From the NCBI GenBank assembly GCA_965221905.1, contig OZ244922.1, positions 2,688,001-2,752,000 on the forward strand: a DNA stretch of 64,000 bases, read 5' to 3'. Positions 48,828 through 58,480 of this stretch are shown here, piece by piece. The notes below the pieces were generated by a model. That model was not told the origin of the DNA. It ran no database searches and saw only the letters and a list, made by a program, of their open reading frames with translations. The translations under genes were made by a program, and so were the position numbers. The stretch comes from Chloroflexota bacterium. Its GTDB lineage: Bacteria; Chloroflexota; UBA11872; VXOZ01. The number at the start of each line of letters is the position of its first letter. The first letter of the stretch is position 1.

Positions 48828-49466
48828 ATGCGTTGCCCGCAATGCAATAAGCATGATACCCGCGTGGTTGATAGTCGTCCGGAAGAGATGAGCATTCGCC
48901 GTCGCCGCGAGTGCGCGAATTGCGGCCACCGCTACACCACCTATGAGCGACTGGAGTTCCTGGCTTGTCCGCACTGTGAATCTGTTGAATCTCGCGTGGC
49001 TTCCTATCAGCTTCTTAGGGCCGGATCGCGGCGTTTTCGGGAGTGCCTGCGCTGTGGCCGGGAGTTTACAACGACGGAGCGGGTCGATCCCGTGCCGCTT
49101 ACGGTGGTTAAGCGAGACGGCCGGCGAGAGGAATTCAACCGGGGCAAGTTGCGCGATAAGATCAGCACAGCATGCTGGAAGCGCCCGGTCGGCTCGGAAG
49201 AGGTCGGGTGCATAGTCGACCGCATTGAGCGCGAGTTGCTTGAAATCGGTGAACCCGAGGTAGAGTCCACAGTCATTGGCGATAAAGTGATGCAGCGACT
49301 GCGCGTCCTCGATGAAATTGCCTACGTGCGGTTCGCATCCGTGTATCGCCACTTTGAAGACATCGACAGCATCGCTGAGGAAATTGCTGAATACCAGCAG
49401 TGGAAGCGCCGCCGCGCTCAGCCCGATCAGATCGCTCTCCTGCCGGAAGAAACGCCAATTAGCTAG
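48828..49466 (+). CDS. nrdR: Transcriptional repressor NrdR with duplicated zinc ribbon
   Basis: MRCPQC..VVDSR..IRRRRECANC..TTYER; ATP cone VVKRDGRREEF..DEIAYVRFASVYRHF. Confidence 0.93.
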   Translation: MRCPQCNKHDTRVVDSRPEEMSIRRRRECANCGHRYTTYERLEFLACPHCESVESRVASYQLLRAGSRRFRECLRCGREFTTTERVDPVPLTVVKRDGRREEFNRGKLRDKISTACWKRPVGSEEVGCIVDRIERELLEIGEPEVESTVIGDKVMQRLRVLDEIAYVRFASVYRHFEDIDSIAEEIAEYQQWKRRRAQPDQIALLPEETPIS

Positions 49467-49579
49467 GCGAACTTTGATAGCTCGACGGGCCTGCATACGG
49501 GTTGGCAAACTACCATGACGGCTCTCAAGCTCCAGTATGTGCAACCTAAATTGCCAGTAAGAAGCCTTTCGCTCAAGAA

Positions 49580-49999
49580 ATGCCATCATACGTACGCAGC
49601 TTTCTCCTTTACTGGGCGCCTCCGCTGATCTGGATGGCCCTCATCTTCTACGGTTCCTCGCAACCCACGCTGCCTGCGCTCTCAGATAGCTTCCTGGACT
49701 TCTTGATTAAGAACGGCGCCCACTTCATGGAATACGCCGTGTTGGCCTTGCTTTGGTACCGTGCCATCTACTCTCGCTTCCCAGACCCCAGAATTCAGCC
49801 GCTGGCGTTCATCATCGTTGTCATCTACGCCCTTAGCGATGAATTCCACCAGTATTTCGTGCCGGGAAGGAGCGCCACCTGGCAGGACGTGGCAATCGAC
49901 GTGATTGGCGGCGCTTGCGCTCTGCTGTTCTGGAACGCCGTGCATCAGCGGTGGAACCAACGTAAGGCCCTGCACAATGAGGACGGCCTGGAGCCCTAG
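49580..49999 (+). CDS. VanZ family membrane protein
   Basis: KNGAHFMEYAVL, SDEFHQYFVPGRSA..DVAID. Confidence 0.9.
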   Translation: MPSYVRSFLLYWAPPLIWMALIFYGSSQPTLPALSDSFLDFLIKNGAHFMEYAVLALLWYRAIYSRFPDPRIQPLAFIIVVIYALSDEFHQYFVPGRSATWQDVAIDVIGGACALLFWNAVHQRWNQRKALHNEDGLEP

Positions 50000-50012
50000 A
50001 CCCGAATCGCGG

Positions 50013-51416
50013 CTACTTTCCGATACAGAATTCCCCGAAGATGCGGTCGAGGAGGTCCTCCGTCGCGCTCTCACCCGTTAGCTCGCCGCACGCATTAATT
50101 GCCGCGCGCAGGCCGATGCAGACGAAGTCCTCTGGGAGACAGTCTGCTGCTGCTTGCTGCGCCTCCATCAGCGCCGCGTGCGCTTCTTGCAACACTGCTT
50201 GATGGCGGAGCGAGGTCACGACGGCACTTTCGCCTGGCAGCCCATTCTGCAAGAGCATTCGTCCGATTTCCGCCCGCAGCGCCTGCAGGCCATCGCCGGC
50301 AAGTGCCGATGTAAGCACCACCGGACAATCTTGCAGCAAACCCTCCACATCTTTCGGCAGGAGAGAGCGTGACTTATCGGCTTTATTCAGCGCGATAATT
50401 GTCCTTTGGTCCGGGTCTGCTTCTCGCGCTTGTTGCACTTCTCTTATCACGCTGCGGTCTTCCGGCCGGAGGGGCATGCTGCTATCCAAGACCAGGATTA
50501 CTAGGCGGGCAGCCGCCAATGACGCCCGACTGCGTTCCACACCGATTCGCTCAACCACGTCGTCGGTTGCTACTATGCCCGCGGTATCCGCTAGCACAAG
50601 GGGAATACCGTCAACGTCAACGGTCTCTTCCAGCACGTCCCTCGTTGTGCCGGGAATGTCCGTTACAATGGCCCGATCGGCGGACAAGAAGGCGTTGAGC
50701 AGGCTCGACTTACCCACGTTCGGGCGACCGACCAGCACCGTCGGCACGCCATCGCGCACCATGGCGCCGCTCTGAGCCGTCTCTAGCAGTTGCTCCAAGG
50801 CAGTAAGCGCGTTACCGATTGCTGCTTCCACCTCGCTTGAGGGGACCGGCGGCACGTCGTCCTCGCTGAAATCGATGTTGGCTTCCAGGCGCGCAAGGAG
50901 CCCAAGCACCTGCTGCCTCAGATCGCGAACCTGCCGCGACAACTTACCTTCAAGCTGATCGAGCGCGAATGACAGCCCCTTGCCGGTGCGTGCCCGCACT
51001 ACGTCCATAACCGCTTCGGCCTGTGCCAAATCGAGCTTTCCGTTAAAGAAGGCGCGCAGCGTAAATTCACCCGGTTGGGCCAGGCGTGCGCCCTGGCCTA
51101 CGAGCAATTCCAGGGTCCGGCGAAGCACTGCCGGGCTGCCGTGACAAGAAAACTCGACCACGTCTTCACCCGTGTACGAGTGCGGACCCCGCATGTAGGT
51201 ACACAACGCCTGGTCCAAATGGGCGTTGGTCAACGGATTGACCACCAGACCGACGTAGGAGCGATGGCTTTGCCACCTGCCCCGCTTCTGCCGCCAAAAG
51301 CAGCGTTTGCCAATCGCCAGAGCCTCCCTGCCGCTCAAGCGCACGATCCCAATTGCGCCTTCGCCCGGCGGCGTGGCCACGGCGGCAATGGTATCCTCAG
51401 GGTTCGCCAGAGACAT
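50013..51416 (-). CDS. mnmE: tRNA modification GTPase MnmE
   Basis: DTIAAVATPPGEG, SYTGED, GRPNVGKSS, GTTRD, DTAG, FCIGK. Confidence 0.97.
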   Translation of the reverse strand: MSLANPEDTIAAVATPPGEGAIGIVRLSGREALAIGKRCFWRQKRGRWQSHRSYVGLVVNPLTNAHLDQALCTYMRGPHSYTGEDVVEFSCHGSPAVLRRTLELLVGQGARLAQPGEFTLRAFFNGKLDLAQAEAVMDVVRARTGKGLSFALDQLEGKLSRQVRDLRQQVLGLLARLEANIDFSEDDVPPVPSSEVEAAIGNALTALEQLLETAQSGAMVRDGVPTVLVGRPNVGKSSLLNAFLSADRAIVTDIPGTTRDVLEETVDVDGIPLVLADTAGIVATDDVVERIGVERSRASLAAARLVILVLDSSMPLRPEDRSVIREVQQAREADPDQRTIIALNKADKSRSLLPKDVEGLLQDCPVVLTSALAGDGLQALRAEIGRMLLQNGLPGESAVVTSLRHQAVLQEAHAALMEAQQAAADCLPEDFVCIGLRAAINACGELTGESATEDLLDRIFGEFCIGK

Positions 51417-51459
51417 AGTTCATTCCGATACATCCACAGACTAAAGAGGCAAAACGGCC

Positions 51460-52023
51460 TTAGCTCTCACCCTTTGCGGGTTCAATACCCAAGTCCTCGA
51501 TTGTGAAGACAGCCTGAAACGGATAACCGGCCCGTGCAATGGCTGCGGCGCCACCCTGCAGGCGATCCACGAGAGTCCATATGCCGGTTACTACACCGCC
51601 GACCTCCGTGACGGCTTCCGCAGCGCGCAACACCGAGCCACCTGTTGTTACCGTATCCTCCACAATCGCCACTTTCATGCCCGTTTGCAGAGGGCCCTCT
51701 ACCAGTTTGCCGGTACCATGCTCCTTCGCGCGGCTGCGCACGATCAGCGCCTGGATGGGCGTGCCCGCGGTAAAACTGGCAATTGCGATAGCCGTCACCA
51801 CCGGGTCTGCGGCAACCGACATACCGGCGACCGCATCCGGCAATTCCGCGCCCAACGCTTCCAGCATCACATGACCGGTAAGATATGCTCCTGCCGCCGA
51901 CAGCGTTACAAGGCGGCAATCGATGTAATAACTTGCGCGCTTGCCGGAGCTGAGGACGAAGTCCCCCTCCTTGACCGCTTCGGTTTGCAGCAACTTGCAC
52001 AGCCGCTCTCGCTCTGAATCCAC
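51460..52023 (-). CDS. pyrE: Orotate phosphoribosyltransferase
   Basis: GDFVLSSGKRASYYID, KEHG, IVEDTVTTGGS, VDR. Confidence 0.95.
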   Translation of the reverse strand: MDSERERLCKLLQTEAVKEGDFVLSSGKRASYYIDCRLVTLSAAGAYLTGHVMLEALGAELPDAVAGMSVAADPVVTAIAIASFTAGTPIQALIVRSRAKEHGTGKLVEGPLQTGMKVAIVEDTVTTGGSVLRAAEAVTEVGGVVTGIWTLVDRLQGGAAAIARAGYPFQAVFTIEDLGIEPAKGES

Positions 52024-52281
52024 AGTGCTTCCCTTCTCTAAATCAATGTGGCGCCAAACACGATTCTACCGAGCCATGGCTGCGCTGACCAGAGCCATTT
52101 CCAATTGGCAGAATCATGCCTTTCACTCCGCACTTAACAAGGAGGGGGAGACATCATAGCGAGCTATCTCCCTCTCAAGCATTATAGGACTTGCCGACGG
52201 TCGCCTCATCCGGTTGACAGGTGCCTTCATATCCACGGACAATATATTTAACCCACAGCACAAGAACACCACTCCACGCTC

Positions 52282-53022
52282 ATGTCCAATGAAACGCGGA
52301 AAGCCATATTCTTTGATCTCGGCGGCACGCTGGCGACAGTGTATCCCTCCGTCGCCGAACATATTACACAATCCCTCGCAGACCTTGGACATCCGGTTCC
52401 CCATCGAGACGTTGCGGGCGCCCTGGACAGAATCTCGCCCCAATTTGACGATCCTAACAATCATGGATGGACACTGACGCATGAACGCTCATACGCCTTC
52501 TGGAATCAGTACTACGTTCGGCTGTTGCAGGAAGTCGGCATTTCACGCGCAAACCGCGTGACGTACGCCTTGCACATTTATTGCAAATTGAGCCGGCCTC
52601 AGGGATATGCGCTCTATACCGACGTCATTCCGGTGCTGGAGCGACTAACGGGCGAGGAGTACATGCTCGGTCTGATCTCCAATTGGGAAGCCTGGGGCAT
52701 GGACCTCATTGAGCACTTAGGCATTCATCGATACTTCCCCACGCAGGTGCTCTCAGGCTGTGTCGGCCTGGAAAAGCCGGACACTGCTATCTTTGCGCTC
52801 GCCCTCGCTGAAGCCAAGATCGCTCCCGAGCAGGTTCTCTACGTCGGCGACAGCGTGCAATTCGACATCGAACCCGCCCAAGCCATCGGCATGCGCACGG
52901 TCCTAATCGATCGGCACGCCGAGCGCAGCAACGCGGATAACTCGTCCATCCGCTCACTCCGCGAGTTGCACGACCACGAATTCTTACAATCCAAGAATTT
53001 TAACTCTGGGGCCGAGGGCTGA
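52282..53022 (+). CDS. HAD-superfamily hydrolase
   Basis: FFDLGGTL, ISN, EKPD, YVGDS..DI. Confidence 0.9.
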   Translation: MSNETRKAIFFDLGGTLATVYPSVAEHITQSLADLGHPVPHRDVAGALDRISPQFDDPNNHGWTLTHERSYAFWNQYYVRLLQEVGISRANRVTYALHIYCKLSRPQGYALYTDVIPVLERLTGEEYMLGLISNWEAWGMDLIEHLGIHRYFPTQVLSGCVGLEKPDTAIFALALAEAKIAPEQVLYVGDSVQFDIEPAQAIGMRTVLIDRHAERSNADNSSIRSLRELHDHEFLQSKNFNSGAEG

Positions 53023-53040
53023 ATCCAAGGTAGCGCATTG

Positions 53041-55473
53041 ATGGCTGGAGCAATCGAAACCCCTGAGCTTGGCAGCGAGCTTAAGGCTCTCCTTGAGTCA
53101 AAGTTTGGGCATAAGAAATTCTTGCCATTGCAAGCCGAAGTCATCAGGAATGTCCTGGATGGAAGGGATTCACTCGCATTGATGCCTACGGGCAGTGGCA
53201 AGTCGCTGTGCTACCAACTGCCCGCCCTCTGTCTCGACGGCGTGACGCTGGTCATTTCACCCCTCATTGCACTGATGAAGGACCAGGTCGATGCCCTGCA
53301 GAGTCGCGGCATCGCCGCCGATTGCATCAACAGCACCATGAGCCCTGCCCACGTACGGCGCGTGCAGATTGCGGCCTACAAGGGCGACCTCGATATCCTG
53401 TACGTTGCTCCAGAGAGGGTAGTAAACCCCAAGTTTCGCGACTTTCTCCACGCCGTGAAGCTCAGCCTCATTGCCATCGATGAGGCGCACTGCATCTCGG
53501 AGTGGGGCCACGACTTTCGGCCGGATTACCGCGCCCTCCAGGTGCTGCGCGACAACTTCCCCGCGGTGCCGGTGATCGGGCTCACGGCTACCGCGACAGA
53601 GCGCGTGCGGCAGGACATCCTCAATCAACTGCGCATGCCCGACGCCACGAAATTCGTCGCCAGCTTCAATCGGCCGAACCTCACGTATTGCGTCAGACCT
53701 AAGCGGCGGAGTTTCGAAGCGCTTACAGAACTGTTAAGTGCACATCGCGACGGCTCCACCATAATCTATCGTTTCTCGCGGCAGAACACCGAGAAACTCG
53801 CCGCCGATCTCCGCGAACGCGGCTATAGGGCTCTGCCGTATCACGCCGGGCTGGAAGACGACGTGCGCCGGGAGACCCAGGAACGGTTTCTGCGGGATGA
53901 CGTGCCGATCATCGTGGCAACGATCGCGTTCGGCATGGGCATAGACAAACCGAATGTCCGGTTGGTCGTGCACTACGACCTTCCTAAGACAATCGAGGGC
54001 TACTATCAAGAAACCGGACGCGCCGGGCGCGACGGAAACCCCAGCACGTGCATGCTCTTCTACTCCTACGGCGACAAGATCAACCAAGAGTATTTCATCA
54101 ACCAGATTGGGGATGAAGCGGAGCGCAACAATGCCAAGGAAAAGCTCGCCAAGATGGTCGCCTACGGAGAGACCAATTCGTGCCGTAGGGCGTTTCTTCT
54201 CGGCTACTTTGGCGAGGAGTGGGGAGAAGAGAATTGCGGCGCTTGCGACGTATGCCGAGCCAAGTCGGAGCAACAAGATGCCGCGCACACCTATGATGGT
54301 ACGGAAATCGGGCAAAAAGTGCTGTCGGCAGTGATACGGACGGGCGAACGGTTCGGCGTCAATCATGTCGTCGACGTGCTACGGGGCAGCCACTCGCGGC
54401 GAGTCCAACAGTTCCGCCATGCTACGCTGCCGGTCCACGGCATTGCACGTGATTTTACGAAGGAGGAGTTACAGGACGTCGTCGACCAGCTCATCGACAA
54501 TGGACTCATCGCCCGCAGTACAACCGGCAACTTTCCGACTCTGTTTGTTACAACCAAAGGAAAGGCCTTTCTCAAGAGTGGTGAGTCCTTGGAACTCGTT
54601 GGGCAGCCGCCGATTGCTGATTCAGGAGGGGAACCCGACGAGCTTCTTTTTGAGAAACTGCGCTCTCTGCGTCAAGAATTCGCTACAGAGTTGGCCGTGC
54701 CGACGTACGTAGTCTTTCCCGATTCGTCGCTGCGGCAGATGGCCGCCCAACTACCAACGGACGACGAAGCGCTGCTCCGAATAAAGGGCGTGGGCGAAAA
54801 CAAGCTCCGGCAATTCGGCGACCGGTTCATCGCCGTGATTTGCGAACATTTGGGAGAGCGCGCCGGACCGGATGTTTCCGGCAACTCCAAAATCAACAGT
54901 CACGCCACAGCCGACTCATCCGTAGAGCAAAACCGAAATTCTTCCCCTCGCGCATACGAAAAGTGGCAGCCGGAGGAAAATGAACGGCTTGGCCGCCTAT
55001 TCAAAACGGGACGCTCTATCCTGGAGATCGCGTCGGAACTTGGCCGCCAACCATCTGCCATCGCATCGCGGCTGCGACAGTCCGGCACTGCACCTGAGCG
55101 CCGCTTGTACCTCAGCAATACCGAGGCGCAAACTCTAGAACTGGTGCGCTCCGGCTTGAATTTGGCAGAGATTGCCACGCGACGCGACCTTGCGCCGGGC
55201 ACCGTGCTCACGCATCTTGAGCGGATCGCGGAGACGGAAGAAGCTCTTGACCTCACGCACATGCTGCCGCCGGCACACCGCTATGCGCGCATTGTGGACG
55301 CCTTCCGCGCCGAAGATGATGACTACTTGCTATCGCCGGTCAAGCAGCGGCTTGGCGACGATTACTCGTTTGAGGAGCTGCGCCTGGTGCGACTGCGCTT
55401 GCGCCAACTTTCAACCACCATTGCATTGAGTTCTTCTAAGTTCGACACACCTTCAACAGGGCAACATTCATGA
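53041..55473 (+). CDS. recQ: ATP-dependent DNA helicase RecQ
   Basis: MPTGSGKSLCYQ, DEAHCISEWGHDFR, QETGRAGRDG, RQC Cys motif, HRDC and C-terminal HTH regions. Confidence 0.96.
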   Translation: MAGAIETPELGSELKALLESKFGHKKFLPLQAEVIRNVLDGRDSLALMPTGSGKSLCYQLPALCLDGVTLVISPLIALMKDQVDALQSRGIAADCINSTMSPAHVRRVQIAAYKGDLDILYVAPERVVNPKFRDFLHAVKLSLIAIDEAHCISEWGHDFRPDYRALQVLRDNFPAVPVIGLTATATERVRQDILNQLRMPDATKFVASFNRPNLTYCVRPKRRSFEALTELLSAHRDGSTIIYRFSRQNTEKLAADLRERGYRALPYHAGLEDDVRRETQERFLRDDVPIIVATIAFGMGIDKPNVRLVVHYDLPKTIEGYYQETGRAGRDGNPSTCMLFYSYGDKINQEYFINQIGDEAERNNAKEKLAKMVAYGETNSCRRAFLLGYFGEEWGEENCGACDVCRAKSEQQDAAHTYDGTEIGQKVLSAVIRTGERFGVNHVVDVLRGSHSRRVQQFRHATLPVHGIARDFTKEELQDVVDQLIDNGLIARSTTGNFPTLFVTTKGKAFLKSGESLELVGQPPIADSGGEPDELLFEKLRSLRQEFATELAVPTYVVFPDSSLRQMAAQLPTDDEALLRIKGVGENKLRQFGDRFIAVICEHLGERAGPDVSGNSKINSHATADSSVEQNRNSSPRAYEKWQPEENERLGRLFKTGRSILEIASELGRQPSAIASRLRQSGTAPERRLYLSNTEAQTLELVRSGLNLAEIATRRDLAPGTVLTHLERIAETEEALDLTHMLPPAHRYARIVDAFRAEDDDYLLSPVKQRLGDDYSFEELRLVRLRLRQLSTTIALSSSKFDTPSTGQHS

Positions 55474-56045
55474 GCAGGAACACACAAGACGAGTCCGGCC
55501 CGCCGCTGGGGTGGAGGGTAGTAGAATCGAAAGTCGCCTACAACGGACGGTTCCCGGTACGTGAAGACGTGCTGGAGGCTGAGCTGGACGGCAGGCGCAT
55601 GCTGTACACATATCTGGATATCCGGCGGGATGCGGTAGCCGTGCTGGCACTTACCGCTGCGGGTGAAGCCGTGCTCGTCCGCCAATACCGACACCCGCTG
55701 CGACGCACAACGCTCGAAGTGCCCGCGGGCGCGCTCGATCCCGATGAAGACCCCGCGTCCGGCGCACTGCGCGAATTGGAAGAAGAAACCGGCTATCGTG
55801 CGGGACAAATACGGCCCTTAGGTCTCTACCATCCAAGCACACCCTTGCTGCCGATCATGATGCGTCTTTACTTTGCGACCGATCTTGACTATCATGCTCC
55901 CAGGCCTGACGCGTTTGAGATCATTCAGGTTGAGTTCGTGCCGGTGGGAGATCTCTTGCGGCAGGTGCTCGACGGCAAGCACCCGGAGGCGACGTTGACG
56001 GTAAGCGTGCTACTCGCCGCCCAACGCGGCTGGCTGCCGGTATGA
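55470..56045 (+). CDS. NUDIX hydrolase (ADP-ribose pyrophosphatase-like)
   Basis: LVRQYRHP and Nudix box PAGALD...ALRELEEETGY. Confidence 0.92.
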   Translation: MSRNTQDESGPPLGWRVVESKVAYNGRFPVREDVLEAELDGRRMLYTYLDIRRDAVAVLALTAAGEAVLVRQYRHPLRRTTLEVPAGALDPDEDPASGALRELEEETGYRAGQIRPLGLYHPSTPLLPIMMRLYFATDLDYHAPRPDAFEIIQVEFVPVGDLLRQVLDGKHPEATLTVSVLLAAQRGWLPV

Positions 56046-56065
56046 AAGCCAGGGGCAGAGTCTCA

Positions 56066-56089
56066 TTATTCCCGCGTTCGCGGGAGTAC
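56066..56089. repeat. REP-like hairpin of the TCCCGC-N4-GCGGGA family
   Basis: ttattcccgcgttcgcgggagtac. Confidence 0.65.
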
Positions 56090-56108
56090 GAACAAGATGA
56101 AGTAGAAT

Positions 56109-57005
56109 ATGCGCAATCAATCTGTGCTCCTTGTCGGTGCGGATAATCTCGCTGAACGTGTGGAGGCGTATAAACGCCTGCTACCGGCAGACTCAATTAC
56201 TATCCTCAAGCCCGCGAGTACCAGCGAATCTCGAAACACGTTTCTCGGCGTGCCGGTTGCCCACGAGTGGCCGCAGGAAAACGGCGGCATTGCAGATATC
56301 GCCGGTGACATTTCCACAAGATCGGTCACGGCGCAACACGCTTTGGAGAGCGGTCGGCAGGCAATCATTCACCCACCTTTCGGCGATTCGCACGCCAACG
56401 CAGAGGCTATTCTTGATGCGGCCGGCGGCGGCGTGCGCGTTGCGCTGCCGGTTCACTTCACCCACAAGTACGAGACCGCCGCACAATCCGCGCGCACAGG
56501 CATCGGCGAAATCATCACCGTGCGTGCCATTCGGGTGTTCGCTCCCGCCCAGGCATGGCAGCAGAGCCTCTTTCAACTCATGGAATCGCTTGTGTTGCTG
56601 GGGGGCCCGCTGCAGAGAATCTACGCGAAAGCCGCTTCACTTAAGGCATCCAATACCGACACCGTGTATTGCAATGGCCGCTATGCAAATCGTGCGATCT
56701 TCTACGGCGAGATGAGTGCTGCGTATCCGAGCCAATACCGCAAGGAAGTGATCGAAGTCACGGGGCGCGAAGGCATGGTGGAGTACGATTCCAATGCCCG
56801 TAGCTTCTGGATGGCGTCCGAGAGTGGGGTTACGCTCACGGAGGCGTACCACCGTTCGCCATATGAGAAGATGGCTGCCGCCTATCTGCAGTTCTGGGAA
56901 GAAGACAGCGAGTCAACCCAGGGCCTCCCCGATCCCTTGCCAATGCTGCACGCCTATTGGGCAGCCATGGAGAGCATCGAGCGAAATGAGGTGGTTACGC
57001 TATGA
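56109..57005 (+). CDS. Divergent Gfo/Idh/MocA-like protein
   Basis: Family-like C-terminal half (IEVTGREGMV, AAMESIE..VV); EKP position reads HPP and the Gly-rich motif is degenerate. Confidence 0.6.
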   Translation: MRNQSVLLVGADNLAERVEAYKRLLPADSITILKPASTSESRNTFLGVPVAHEWPQENGGIADIAGDISTRSVTAQHALESGRQAIIHPPFGDSHANAEAILDAAGGGVRVALPVHFTHKYETAAQSARTGIGEIITVRAIRVFAPAQAWQQSLFQLMESLVLLGGPLQRIYAKAASLKASNTDTVYCNGRYANRAIFYGEMSAAYPSQYRKEVIEVTGREGMVEYDSNARSFWMASESGVTLTEAYHRSPYEKMAAAYLQFWEEDSESTQGLPDPLPMLHAYWAAMESIERNEVVTL

Positions 57006-58033
57006 GTGCGACACGGGCACTGAACCTCGGCGTCATTTCGTTCGATCACGGCCATCAGAATGGCTACGTCTCGGAGGCTCTCAAACTGCCGTCCGCCCAG
57101 CTTGTCGCGGCAGCGGATGTCATCCCAGAGCAACTAGACCGCATGCAGGCCATGCTCGCCGCGCATCCTGAAGCTCCGGCAGTGAAAGTCTTTTCCGATT
57201 ACCATGAACTACTGGAGCTTGACGAGGTCGAGGCGGTCTCTATATGCTCGGCAAACATCGATCATGCCCAAATGACGATCGACGCCGCCAGGGCCGGCAA
57301 GCACGTTCTCTGCGAGAAACCGCTTTCCATTACTCTGGAAGAGTCCGACGCAATGATTGCTGCTTGCAGAGAAGCGGGCGTGTTCTTGGGCACAGCGTAT
57401 CCATGTCGCTTTGCGCCTGTTGCCTGGCACGCCAAGCAGCGTGTGGATGCGGGGGAAATAGGTGAGATACTTGCAATGCACGGCACGAATCATCTGCGGC
57501 CGATGACGACCGGATGGTTCATCGATCCAGAACGCTCGGGCGGCGGTACGATCCGCGACCATATTGTCCACGTCACCGACTTGATGCGCTGGTTTACCGG
57601 GAAGGAAGTGGCCGAAGTGTATGCCGAAGGGGATACGCTCAAGCGGCCGCACATCGACGTGGACGATACCGCGATACTCGTTGAGACCTTTGAAGGCGGT
57701 GCTATTGCCTCCACCGACCCCTCGTGGAATAGGCCCGAAAACTGGTCCAAGTGGGGCAATGTGTATCTGCGCTTGCTTGGCACACGCGGAATGATCGAGT
57801 TTGAAGTCACGGGACAGGCGGTCGTGCGGACGGAAACGAAGAGCGGTTCCGTCACGTCGATTGATACATCAGAGTCAATGAATTACTATTTGCTTAAGGA
57901 TTTTTGCGAGGCAATTATCGCTGGACGCTCTCCGTTGGTCACAGGGGAAGATGGTCGTGCCGGCGTGGAAGCAATCCTGGCAGCGTACCGGTCCATCGAA
58001 GAGGGACGACCAATTCGGCTGCGCGATGTCTAG
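57002..58033 (+). CDS. Gfo/Idh/MocA family oxidoreductase
   Basis: GKHVLCEKP, SGGGTIRDHIVH, TGEDGRA. Confidence 0.9.
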   Translation: MSATRALNLGVISFDHGHQNGYVSEALKLPSAQLVAAADVIPEQLDRMQAMLAAHPEAPAVKVFSDYHELLELDEVEAVSICSANIDHAQMTIDAARAGKHVLCEKPLSITLEESDAMIAACREAGVFLGTAYPCRFAPVAWHAKQRVDAGEIGEILAMHGTNHLRPMTTGWFIDPERSGGGTIRDHIVHVTDLMRWFTGKEVAEVYAEGDTLKRPHIDVDDTAILVETFEGGAIASTDPSWNRPENWSKWGNVYLRLLGTRGMIEFEVTGQAVVRTETKSGSVTSIDTSESMNYYLLKDFCEAIIAGRSPLVTGEDGRAGVEAILAAYRSIEEGRPIRLRDV

Positions 58034-58093
58034 GATAAATGGTCCTTGTGATAGAGAGCCCATGTATAACGCTCCGGTGAGTGGAGGAAAGTA

Positions 58094-58474
58094 ATGCGAC
58101 GACGTCTCTTCTTGGTAATGGCAGGCGGCAGTATGCTCAGCGCGTGTAAGCTCGGCATTGGGGAAGCGCCACCCTATGAAGCCCAGTTCATCCCCTTGCG
58201 AATTCTCACGTACTCCGAGATCGTCCACCGTGGAAAAGTTGCGGTCTTGATGGCGGGCTCGAAAGAAGGCAGCGAGATCACGCCCGCGCTCATGCGCGGC
58301 GAGGATACGATCTCGATTGAGGAGTTCACGTCGAAGACTGCGGGAGTGAACGGTCTAGTGCATTGGGCGTGGACGGTGCCGGAGAGCTTAGAGCCTGGCA
58401 AATACACGATCATGGTCACGGCAGTAGCCGAGGAAGGCGAGATTTCCTGGACTGAGGAGTTCGAAATCAGGTAA
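58094..58474 (+). CDS. Small lipoprotein of unknown function, beta-rich
   Basis: MRRRLFL N-region, LSAC lipobox, GGAGG RBS. Confidence 0.7.
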   Translation: MRRRLFLVMAGGSMLSACKLGIGEAPPYEAQFIPLRILTYSEIVHRGKVAVLMAGSKEGSEITPALMRGEDTISIEEFTSKTAGVNGLVHWAWTVPESLEPGKYTIMVTAVAEEGEISWTEEFEIR

Positions 58475-58480
58475 CGCCGA

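Noticed and set aside
48687-49589. 300-aa minus-strand ORF
   Set aside because: Antisense to nrdR; no independent coding evidence
47932-49999. Antibiotic resistance island (AAC(3) plus vanZ)
   Set aside because: Both families have many chromosomal members unrelated to resistance; no mobile element, and nrdR lies between them
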